64,000 nt of DNA. Source: Eledone cirrhosa (lineage: Eukaryota). The first letter of the stretch is position 1; each line of letters begins with the position of its first letter. The stretch lies in contig OZ024745.1 of the NCBI GenBank assembly GCA_964016885.1, positions 47,988,001 to 48,052,000 of the forward strand, read 5' to 3'. Below are positions 24,050 to 34,949 of this stretch, in pieces. The position numbers and the translations under genes are program-made. The notes beneath the pieces were generated by a model. The model worked only from the letters and a program-made list of their open reading frames with translations. It was not told where the DNA came from and made no database searches.

Positions 24050-25370
24050 GACAGGTTTACCCTTCAGTAAGCCATCTCAGCCCTCAAACATGAGATCAAC
24101 CTGTTCAAGCCTGAGGTCGTAAATATAAGCAACGGTGAAGCTGATTTTCAAGATGCCATACTCAGCATCTAACCCTCCCTGACTTGGGGCTCAGCTAATG
24201 CTGAAAGATGCCATCTACATTCTCGGCTCTCCAATCTGCCCAAAAGCCATATGAGAGTACTTGGAGACCAAGCATGAGGATCTGGTGACTACAACAGAGA
24301 GATCGCACCTCATTGACACATACCTGGTGCTCTTCTGTATGAGGAACTGCTTTGCTCTCCCCAAACTCCTCTTCATGTTGCACAGTGCGCTTTGTTAACC
24401 TCTCGCAGATTGCCTCATCAAACTCTAGGCCACCATCTGATGTTGTGCTGACCTCATATGTAATGTTTGCTTCAACAGCGTCGGCTGGAAAATCCATGAA
24501 ATTTGGAGGCCTCAGCCTCTGATCCACTTTTGTCCTGGCACTGCAGGCCTATCTCTCCTCTAGCTGCACTCTCATCAAGGTCCTTCATAAGACGGCAGAA
24601 CCTTACGTGGCCTGGGCACTGGAGTCAGCTCTGGCCAATTGGACAAATGAAGGCCTTGTTGTTCCCCAATATACAGATGTTCAATGTAACTGGGACAGCA
24701 GCAAATGTAGGTCTACTTTCAGACAAATTGAGTTCACTTTGGACCAACAGTCTCACAACCAAACAGCAGTACATAGTTCAACTCGATGTTTTTCTCATCA
24801 ACTGGTACCCTGATGAATGAACTTGCATCGGAGTAGACCAGTGCCTTGGCTTTTGCATGTGTGAGCCACATAAATCCCACTGTGGAGCTATTGTTGACAA
24901 GTTTGGTCTGCACCTGCTATCATGCCGCCATAACACAGGCTAGTTCCCGACACCTTACTCTGAACAACATCATCAGAAGGAGCCTCAATGCAGCCAGCTT
25001 CCTGTCACAACTAGAGCCAACTAGCCTTGGCTGTGGTGATGGCAAGTGCACTGATGGAATAACCCTCTTCTGATTCAAGGGAAATAAATTCCTAATCTGG
25101 GATGTGGCATGTTGTGACTCGTTCTCCGCCTTCAATGTAGGAGAAAGGAAAATGACTAAATACCGGGGCTTGACCAACAGCTTCCGTTTTGTACCAGTCA
25201 CCGTCAAGACCTCAGCACTTGGTCTCAGCATTGCTGATTTCCTTCATAAAATCGAAAAGACAGCAGCCCGCCTGAGGAAGGAGCCCTGTGAGGTGGTGTA
25301 GTTGTTACAGCAAGTGTTGCTGGCCATTCCCTGTGGCAATACTTTTGCCATTTTATCTGTAGAGCACAGC
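24050..25370 (+). mobile_element. Decayed CRE-type RT/RLE retrotransposon in an importin intron
   Basis: RHLTLNNIIRRSLNAASFLSQLEPTSLGCGDGKCTDG..IWDVACCDSF..KYRGL..FVPVTVKTS. Confidence 0.75.
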
Positions 25371-25470
25371 CCAAACAGTCATAATTATATAAGCCAATGT
25401 TTTCAAATTAGGTTGTCTTTTTATAACTTTTAATAAAAATGATTTATTTTTTTTATAATGTAGTTAGGAC

Positions 25471-25656
25471 TGTTTTGGGAAAGCCAGTACAATGCAAGTT
25501 CAACATCACTCTACATTTTTTTTTTTTTTTAAAAAGGGGTCCTAACCACCAAATATGAAATATAAGGTAAAAATGTAAACTGTTTTGTTGGTCTTATTTT
25601 AGTCTAGTTTTCACTCCTTTATTTCAAACTTGCATTGTACTGCCTTTCCCAAAACA
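25471..25656. mobile_element. MITE-like element with about 30-bp TIRs
   Basis: tgttttgggaaagccagtacaatgcaagtt ... aacttgcattgtactgcctttcccaaaaca. Confidence 0.65.
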
Positions 25657-25862
25657 TGAATAAATTTTCTCTGAAACAGTTTTTGTTTCATTTAATGTCT
25701 TATTAAAGTTAGTGTGGTAGGGACTGTCTGGAAAATATGTTCATATGGATTGCACAATGGCATAAGGATTCTGTGACAAGTAAGGGAACCATTAGAATTA
25801 GCATATACATTAATACCTTAAAGGTCATAAAATTAATATGGACACAAAAATAACCTACTAAC

Positions 25863-26038
25863 CAAAACATTCTTCAATACTTATAGCATAAGGATTTGTG
25901 TTGCTGTGTAATTTGGCATCTTGTTCTCCAAGGCGTAAAATATTTTCAAGACCATTGAGAGCAACATGAACAATTTTGCTATCCAAAACAGTCAACAAGT
26001 TACATAAAGGAACAATGCATCCCTGATCTACAAGAAAT
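25863..26038 (-). CDS. KPNA6: Importin alpha coding exon 12
   Basis: [58 protein letters not shown]. Confidence 0.95.
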
Positions 26039-27489
26039 CTGAGAGTAAGAAAAGAAAATTTAGATGACATATTACAATATTTAACACCTAAGTTGAGTAA
26101 AATAGTTAATATAACAAATATACAGAAAAAAAAGAAATTCAGAAAATTTTACAAAAGTAAAAAATGAATTTATTATGAACCTTGCTATGTAAGAATGTAT
26201 TTCTTAGAGCAACATGTTTCCTCTAATCAATTTAAAACCTTGGAATTTGATAATTGTAACTGAATATGTGTATAAAATAAAGGCCTTGTATAAGGGCTTT
26301 TGGATGTTATTTATAATGGAATGGCTGTAAAGTGCCATACAGCTTATTTTCTTTTTTAACATTGACTCCACTACATTATGAGCTAAAATTTGCTGATAAA
26401 CTTTCACTATTCATTCCCCTGGGTACAACATTACCTTTAATATCTAGCCAGTCTTTCAGATGATGCATGTTGTCTTTCATGCAAGTTAAACATAACATCC
26501 TAAAGATTATATATACCTGCAGTTTAACAACAAACCAGTAAAAGAATAAACCATTGTTGATTTTAAATAGAATCTCTACTTGTATTAGGTGAAGTACTGA
26601 AGTATTTGAAATTTTGTCAACCTTAGTTTAGGAAGAGTGAAATCTTCCAAATGAAGAATGTATTTTTTTTTTTTTTACTGTTTGCTCAGAGTTCTCTTGA
26701 TTTGTCCCATCAGATGCCCCACGTCTGACATTTGATTGACATCTACTTTGTTGACTTGTACATTGTGGATGATGTTTGTTAAAGTTATGGACTGCTAATA
26801 AATATATCTTCATTGATACATATGGCACCTCTGTCAGAGATTCCATCCTTACTGACTGTTAAAGAGGACATAACCTAACATAAGGATTTCTGTATCTAAT
26901 TTATTTTGTGCTATATTGCTTTGGAACAAGCTTTTGGGAGAAGCTTCTATTTAGCTTAATAATAGCCATCATCATTTTCACATCTATTTTCCTGTGCTAG
27001 CATGGGTTGGATAAGACATTTTTTTAGGCAGTAATTGATAGCTAGATTACCCATCTTGCCCTGTTCCTCTTTTTAAATAAGGTACTGACTTTCACACATT
27101 GAATATTAACACTTCTAAATATTCTTACAGATAACTTTACCCTTTTTTAAAATCCATATTTTTCTAGCATATTGATGCCAGCACTTATTCAAATTTCAGC
27201 AAATTCAAGAAGCATAAAAATATCATCTTCCTTTCTAAAAATGTGGGTGATTTCATTCCACATATATAAACAGGAAAAATATGCATGCAGAAACACATTC
27301 ATATGAGTAGTACAGATTAAATAAACTTATTGACTTTATGTCCGTTTTTCCATTCTGGTATGGGTTGGATGAGACTTTTTGAAAGTATTTCTATGGCTGC
27401 ATACCCATTCTGATGCCCCCACTAACTTAATATTATGAACTGCATTAGCAATATCAGGTAGAAAGCAAAGAGAAGAGACAAACATACAC

Positions 27490-27780
27490 ATTAGTGGTTA
27501 GAGAGTTGGATTCACAATCTTGAGGTTGGGCATTTGATTCTCAGACTGGGCAATGTGTTGTGTCCTTGAGCAATACACTTATTTCCCATTGCTCCAGTTC
27601 ACTCAGTTGCAACGTCACTGATGCTAAGCTGTATCTGTGGCATAAAGTGGGAGACTGGTATGAATGGGTGAAAGCTGGTTGTCCACGAAAACACCTTGCT
27701 CAGGCTAATGCCTTGGAGGGGAACCTTCTAGGTGCCAAACTCATGGTCATTCGAAACTGAAGGGGGGTCTTTAGCCTTTA
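27490..27780 (+). mobile_element. Second tRNA-derived SINE family (CORE-like)
   Basis: TAGTGGTTAG A-box, decayed B-box, then GTGTCCTTGAGCAA..CACTT..TTGCTCCAG. Partial copies occur near 1430-1545, 34620-34760, 41740-41780 and 55620-55710. Confidence 0.6.
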
Positions 27781-27989
27781 CTCATATATATAACCCATGC
27801 CTGCATGGACCACAGTTTTAAAAGGTGGTGATGATATATATAATGGGCTTAATACAGTTTCCATCCACCAAATTCCTTCAATTTCCAATATGTTTAAATA
27901 TTTCAGTAAAACTGAAAACATAATATCAATTATGAAAAAAAAAAGTTAGTTTTAACTACTGGTTTTCAGTTGCAAGTAAAAGTTGCAAC

Positions 27990-28535
27990 TAAAAGTCTGT
28001 GATTGCTTTCTTGCTTGTCTGTAATGTAATACAACCAAAAGGGCACATAATGGGAAAATACTTTGAAAGGAAATTGACCCTGAAATGGGGATACAAATGG
28101 AATAAAGCAAGTTTCACGTAAATTGGCGCACGGGTTCGCGAGATATGGGGTTTTTCCGAGTACCTTCATAAACAGAGAGAGAGAGAGAGATAGAGAGAAA
28201 GAGATAGTGGTTGTGAGAGAGTGGATTGAAAGAGACATAGAAGGAAAGTGAAAGAGGGAGGGAGAGAGAGTTGGTGGTGTTGTGTGTGTGTCTATGACCA
28301 GTGTATATAGATCACAGACACATATATATACACACATACATATATATATGTAATACAAACACACACATTTATATATATACATACACACATATATATATAT
28401 GGGCCTTCCAGTTTCATTTCACATTATATACATGTTTGTACATATTCTAATTTTTTAAAATTATTTTTAAGTGACCATGACTTTTTAAAAATATTTTGAA
28501 GTGAACGTGACCCAATGGGTCACGGGTAATCTAGT
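27990..28535 (-). mobile_element. Helitron/Helentron-like non-autonomous element with internal microsatellites
   Basis: The 5' end is ACTAGATTACCCGTGACCCATTGGGTCACG (hairpin). It carries (TA)n/(CT)n tracts and has a second copy at 12090-12405. Confidence 0.5.
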
Positions 28536-28709
28536 TGTAAACTAAAAATTCAAATGAAAATAATATGATACTACAAAATATATGTAATTAAGCTGTGTAA
28601 AAAGAAAAAGCAACCACTTTTTATGTTATTAAAAATAGATCACACGACAGTTATTTTAAATATTTAGTTATTCTGAATGAAGTAATATTTTGTATTAATA
28701 AGATCATAC

Positions 28710-28837
28710 CGAATTTGTTCTGGAGAACCTCCAGATGTAGCATTTGTTATGGCCCAAGCAGCCTCCTTTCTTGTTTTAAACTCTGCTTTACCAAGAATTT
28801 CAATTAAAACTGGAAATATGTTGGCATCAATCACAGC
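28710..28837 (-). CDS. KPNA6: Importin alpha coding exon 11
   Basis: [42 protein letters not shown]. Confidence 0.95.
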
Positions 28838-28903
28838 CTAAAAACATAATAAATGAATTATCTTCAGTTTTCTATCAAAACAGTAATTATTAAGAATATT
28901 TAA

Positions 28904-29152
28904 CCCTTTCATCATTGTACTTCTAATCAAATATACTGCCTATGTGTTTCAGTTAATTTTGAAAATCAATATTTGGAGGAATTTAATAAGATAACTAAAT
29001 TTTTTATTAGTAAGCCGATATTTAGAACATTACTTAATATTTCTTCAATAAAATTGTGAGGTAAGGATTTAATATAAGTACAAATCATTTTAAAATGAGC
29101 TGTTTTGTATCACATAATCAGGGCAGTTTCAGGCAGTTCAGTATTAAAAGGG
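28904..29152. mobile_element. TTAA-flanked CCCTTT...AAAGGG MITE (piggyBac-like), representative of about 10 copies
   Basis: TTAA on both sides. Similar copies lie near 2310, 23585-23826, 32548-32725, 41025-41375, 46245-46568, 50437-50667, 52830-53072, 54838-55076 and 56400-56643. Confidence 0.7.
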
Positions 29153-29213
29153 TTAAGATATTAGTAAAATTAATATTAAACACAAATACTGCAAATATAA
29201 TAATTATCATTAC

Positions 29214-29339
29214 CTGTATTTGCATTCGGTTTCCTGCAGTAATATTTGATATTGTCCAACATGCTTCTTTTCGAACAGCTTCCTTAGAACTACCCAGCAG
29301 AAGTAGCAATGATGGCAATGCAGAGCAGTTCAAAATAAC
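29214..29339 (-). CDS. KPNA6: Importin alpha coding exon 10
   Basis: [42 protein letters not shown]. Confidence 0.95.
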
Positions 29340-29742
29340 CTAGAAACACAATGGTTTCAATTTTGCAAATTACTGATATACAAAAATAAGATAGCAGGAT
29401 GGATTGCAGATAATTTAGAAGAAAACAGTTGGTATATTGGATAAAACATTCCGACCCCCTACTATGTACATGATCCCTAACTCTGAGCGATGGCATGAAA
29501 TTCACCGAAAAATAAGTATGCATCACAGCAATGATGTAAAATGATTGCTGATTTGTGCAGAAAGTTGTATAAATAAGAGTAGTCAATACAGTATAATATA
29601 TCCCTTTATACATGTAAATATAAGATAGCCAATTTATACATGTAAATATAGTATAATCACTTTATATATTTAAATATAATATAGCCATCACCATCATCAC
29701 CATTTTACGTCCATTCTTCCACGCTAGCATAGGTTAGACGCC

Positions 29743-29780
<38 letters not shown>

Positions 29781-30305
29781 TCTTGCAATTGATATCCAAA
29801 GGTGGAGAGATACAAACAGTGCATTACACCAATCGCATTTAGTTTTAGATATTTTGAAAATTGACCGTAGGGTCAATTTTCCCTTCTATCTCTGGGATCA
29901 ATAAAATAATTACAGGAATTGATTCATCCAGCCAAACCCTCCTCTGTTTGTTTGTGATCATGTGCTAACATAAGAAATCAATATTTAAAGGGTGGTGGAT
30001 TGACAGATGTTGTAGTATTGGGTAAAATAGCACTGCAGTATTTGTTTTGAACAGGAGAGGTGACAATACACATCCTTGGCGGAGCCCGACTCCCACATTG
30101 TATGGTTTCAATTTAGCACCATTAATCTGAACATAAATACTTGGGTATTCATATAGAGACATCAGGGCAACAGCCAGCTGATGTTAAAACAGAGCCTAAA
30201 AACGAAAATGCTAAAATTAAAATAAGCATATAACAGTAAAGAAAAGTTGTTTGTCTAAAATGAGATAATATGTAAAGTATCTGAATAACAAAAAAAGAAA
30301 ATCAC

Positions 30306-30384
30306 CTGTGTTTGATAGTCATCACCAGTGACAATGTTACCAACAACACGGAGAGCTGCAGAAACAACACCCAAGTTGGAATTT
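30306..30384 (-). CDS. KPNA6: Importin alpha coding exon 9
   Basis: NSNLGVVSAALRVVGNIVTGDDYQTQ. Confidence 0.95.
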
Positions 30385-31161
30385 CTAGAGAAAGAAATAA
30401 AAAATAAATAAATTGCTCAATCAATAATTCAAGACAAAATAATTATAATTTGGAACATATTTAGAGTGGCTGATGAATGAATGGGGACATCACAGGTCAG
30501 AGAGGGCTGATTGGCCTTGAAGACTTGACAACCACTTTAGTGCTACAATACAATGTACCCATCACACTATATTAAATGGTAGTGGATGCCACGACAAAAT
30601 AAACCAAGTCCATTCTGTAAAGTGGTTGGTGTTAGGAAGGGCATCCAGCAGTAAAAACTGTCATAATATAGAGCATATGAGCAAGGTATGGTGGTTATCC
30701 AATCTATCTTGGATTGGACCATGACTTATTCCAGAATGGAAAGCAGATGATGATAGTGAAAGATAAAATATTTTTGTACTTCATGTTTAATTACTATTTA
30801 AATGAATACTTTCAATTCCAAGTATTGTTTACTTGTTTGAAAGCATTAGAAAAAAATTGCTTTTAGTATAACAGCATGGCAGCTTGAGGCAGTATCTTGC
30901 ACTATAGTAACCCTATCAACACTGTTTAATGTCTTCTGTGATAGTTGTTTATATTGCTCATAAACAATATATTGGGCAGTGTTGCAGTTTGGTAAACATT
31001 TACTGGCATATACCATACTTAGAATAAGGCATGGGTTACTGTCAAGTAGGACATATAGTCAGAGTTAAACCTGCCAGAAAACAGACCTCATCCATCCCAT
31101 ACAAGGATGGAAAAACCAGACATAGATACAATCATGATAACAATAATTTACTGCATTTTTT

Positions 31162-31299
31162 ACTAAAGAAATTTTAGCCTGATAGTGAGGCTTAGAACCC
31201 TCTAAGAGATGGAAAGAGATGAGTATGTACGTCAATACTCATCTTTTTCCATTTCTTAGAGGGTTCTAAACCCCACTATCAAGCTAAAATTTCTTTAGT
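31162..31299. repeat. Inverted repeat, 65-bp arms, 8-nt loop (intronic hairpin)
   Basis: 31162-31226 is the reverse complement of 31235-31299 apart from a few transitions. Confidence 0.9.
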
Positions 31300-31369
31300 C
31301 AAAACTACAACGAAAGCTATTTCTAATTTCAAACTCCCTCGCTGTTTCAAATACAAACTTACTTGATAA

Positions 31370-31580
31370 CAATAATTGTTTCTACTTTTGGCACAAGGCC
31401 AGCATTTTGAAGGGAAGGAGAAAGTCAATTAAATTGACCTCAGTATTTTATTTCATCAACCCCACAAAAATGAAAGGTAAAGCTAACCTCAGGGGAAATT
31501 TGAACTTAGAACGTAAAGGGATGTAACTATGCGGAAAAGCATGTTGCCCAATGCTCTACCGATACTGCCATTCCACCCAC
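31370..31580 (-). mobile_element. tRNA-derived SINE (dominant family)
   Basis: Reverse complement of the 10381-type consensus. Further minus copies lie at 44893-45076, 49868-50060 and 53780-53953. Confidence 0.8.
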
Positions 31581-31614
31581 TTATAGTGATAAGAAGAAGA
31601 AATGAAGCACTCAC

Positions 31615-31778
31615 ACTAAAAGTTCAACCAAACGACGGCAAACACCAGCATCTATTACTGCATGTATCTTTTCATTTGGCCCATCAGACAAATAGGATAA
31701 GGCCCAACAAGCATCTGCAAGTACATCTTTATCGGCATGGTATAATAAACGAGCCAACACAGGAAGAGCAGGAGAAAC
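31615..31778 (-). CDS. KPNA6: Importin alpha coding exon 8
   Basis: [54 protein letters not shown]. Confidence 0.95.
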
Positions 31779-32275
31779 CTGAAGGTAAAAAAAATACAAT
31801 CAATGGTTATTTTTAAAAAGCAAATTTATAAAGATTAATATTACTTTTAACAAAATAGTTTTGCTAAGAGTTTTATAGTGTAAATGCACACACATATGGG
31901 TGAAGGTATTCAAATTACAATTGAAGCCTTTTGATACCAAAATGCTTGAAACTGCTTCTAGTTCTATGATAGAAAATCTATTTGTTAAGTTTAGTTATTG
32001 CTTCACCTATTTTTCATGAAAGTGAGGAAGGCATACACAAATTAATTTGTTTCTTTTCTCTCTTAACCCTTTTGTTACACACTGAGGTTAACTTTGCCTT
32101 TCATTCTTCCTGGGTCAATAGAAAGTACCATTTAAATAGTGAGGTCAATATAATTGACACCGTCACCAATTGGTGACCTTGGGCCATAAATTAGAAACCA
32201 CCATTTACCAGTTAATAAAATAATGGTTAGTGAAATTAATCTTTTATTTCAATAATATTAGAAATATATATTTAC

Positions 32276-32375
32276 CTTTGCAAAGTCAGGTGGGGGGTTT
32301 TTCCCCCTGCATAAATTGGATAAGCACCACACTGCATTTCTAGTCATAGATAAACTTGGATGTTGGCTAAGCAAC
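32276..32375 (-). CDS. KPNA6: Importin alpha coding exon 7
   Basis: [33 protein letters not shown]. Confidence 0.95.
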
Positions 32376-34432
32376 CTAAAGAAAAATAAATAAATAAATA
32401 CTATGAGTAAATTAAAAAAATTATGCAAATATGAAGTAAAAATTATATTTAAAAAAAAATCATTGTTTAGTTTGATTAATTCAGAACATCCCAAACCAAT
32501 TATTTAATATTATTCAAATAAATTATTCATTAATGACATTCAATTAACCCTTTAGCATTTACATTACTCTATATTTACTATTGTATTTTCACAGTAAAGG
32601 CTTTATCTCACATAATATTGATATTTATTTTGAGAACAATACCTTAATGTCGGCATGAGTAACTGGTTTGAACAGAAATAGATGATAGAATTTTGGCCGG
32701 ATAAAGCCGGTTTAATGCTAAAGGGTTAAAGTATACAAGATACAACATATTCATTATTTTTGGCAACATAAATTTCATGAGTGTTGTTTGGTCTACTTGT
32801 GGAATTAACATCTAAGTGGCTGAGTATTCCACAGACATGAGCCTCCTTAACATATATCTCAGAGATTCAACATGAAACAAAGTAACAAAGCTAGTCTTTT
32901 GGATTGAAAGTACAGTTCATCTGAGTTTCTAAACAGCTTCCATCTACCCAATTTCACTTACAAGGCTTAGGTTGACAAAAAAGCCAGTGGGATAAAAATC
33001 AAAACTTTCTGATTATGAAGTGAACTTAAACATTCAGTCATGCTGCATTCCCTATATTTGAAAACAGCTGCATGTGAATTGCATATCTTTTGTTTTCTTT
33101 TTCAATAAACATTCATATAATACACAATATTAGAGCACTAACTTACTTTCCTTTTCTCTCTAATGCTACTACATTAGCTGTTGTGAAAAAGATGGTGGCA
33201 ACAACAGTGACTTTTTATGTGTAACAAATGAAACTGTGGTGTCAAAAAGGGCCTAGAAGCAGGATCACCAAAGGGATTTTAAACACATACTCATACTGGC
33301 ATGTAAAAATGGCAGTTTGACAACAAACTCTCTTTCATAATCTCATCCAAATTTGAAGTCACTTTTTTAGTTTACAAGGGAGCGAGTATGTAGTGACTTA
33401 ACCTACTAAAAATAGCAGCTAAATCTTCAAATCACAATATACCATCTTAAAAATGGAAAGGCTCATTGAATAATGTAGTCTTCGATACTGCGTATAAAAA
33501 AAAAAAAATGGGATGGTTATGGCTGGAACATCGTTGTTCATAAGTTTGTTGTATCAGAGTTGATCTTGTTTTAAAGAATAACATCTTATTTTCAAGTAAT
33601 AATGTCATTATAAATCTTACTATGATGAAAGACAAGTCTGGTTAGATACTTAAAATACTAAAGTGGAGACATGAAGCTGTATAATGCAAACAAGAAACGA
33701 CACAATGTACTTTAACTAGAGTTCTTACAAGTAAAGATTATACTTAGAACATTTTTTCGTGGTGCAGGTATATGTGTAGCAGAAAAATGGGTAGATAGAG
33801 TGATTGTTTAACAAAAAGGGGTCATGGTACAATGCTATGTTTGGATTAAAGTAAGTATATATTTTGGAGAAAACTAAAAAACCAATCCTTATTTTAACAT
33901 TGATTTTGTTGTAATTAGGTTTTTAAGTTAGCTGTGATAAGTGTGAATTGTAAAAGTTTCAGTTTAGTTCTTTGAAGGAGGAAATCCCCAAATGGAGAAA
34001 TTACTGAAAGAAAAACAAACACTGAAGAAAACTTAATATGGTGAAGATCAAAGAATGATTTTGTAAACCTTGATGAACTTATTTTGAAATGGACTCAAGT
34101 GAGTCAACAAATGTTGGTTGATCTTCATGCTAAGATACCATAATCTTGACTGACTTTGACAGAATTCATCAGATATTTCAACATGGACTTCAATTTCATT
34201 AGATTTTATCCTGAAAATGAAATATTCCTCTAGAAAAATGAGAGTGAATGTGTGTGTGTATTGGAAGTAATAATTGTTCTTTCTACTACTTCATATTATA
34301 ATAATAATGAAATTATTGTGTACAGTGCTCAGGTGCACAACAACTCATCAAAGGTGCATGCATAGTACATAGAATAATGTTCAAATGTCAGGAAAATGAA
34401 ATGAAAAGGAAAAATAAAATCAATAAGCTCAC

Positions 34433-34521
34433 TGTAAAAGTGGTACCAATATGCCTTCATTCAAAACATAGTTTCGACATTCTGGACTATCTCCTGCAAT
34501 GTTTCCTAGAGCCCACACAGC
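34433..34521 (-). CDS. KPNA6: Importin alpha coding exon 6
   Basis: [29 protein letters not shown]; tacag / gtgagc. Confidence 0.95.
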
Positions 34522-34949
34522 CTGTAAATGAAAATTTTTAACAAAATTTATAAAGGAAAAAGTAAATTCACTAATTAATAAAATAAAATAAAATAAAGCT
34601 ATTGGAATTAATGTTTCAGTCTCAAAGCATGAAAGTGCAATGTATTCTTAAGCAAAACACTTCATTTCATATTGCTCCAGTCCATTGAGTAGCCCCCCAA
34701 AAATGAGTATTAGCAACAGCAGCTTGGGGCTAACCCTATGATAGATCGATGTCCTGTTCAGTGACAAACAAACTTTCAGCCTCTAATAAAGTAATTAACA
34801 TTTCAAATATGTTTTATTCTAATAAGTAAATAATATTATATTGAACTGCTATTGAAGTGATCATTTTCTAAAATTTAAACACTATAAATTACAGCATACA
34901 AGTCAACCTTTTAAGCCTGAAAAAAAAAAATCTATCTAAAACTAGGAAC

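Noticed and set aside
25863-31778. Importin substitutions (KIHAV, IVHVAL, LRVVGN) as a sign of altered function
   Set aside because: All NLS-binding Trp/Asn motifs, the IBB and the KRR are intact, so the changes look like ordinary divergence.
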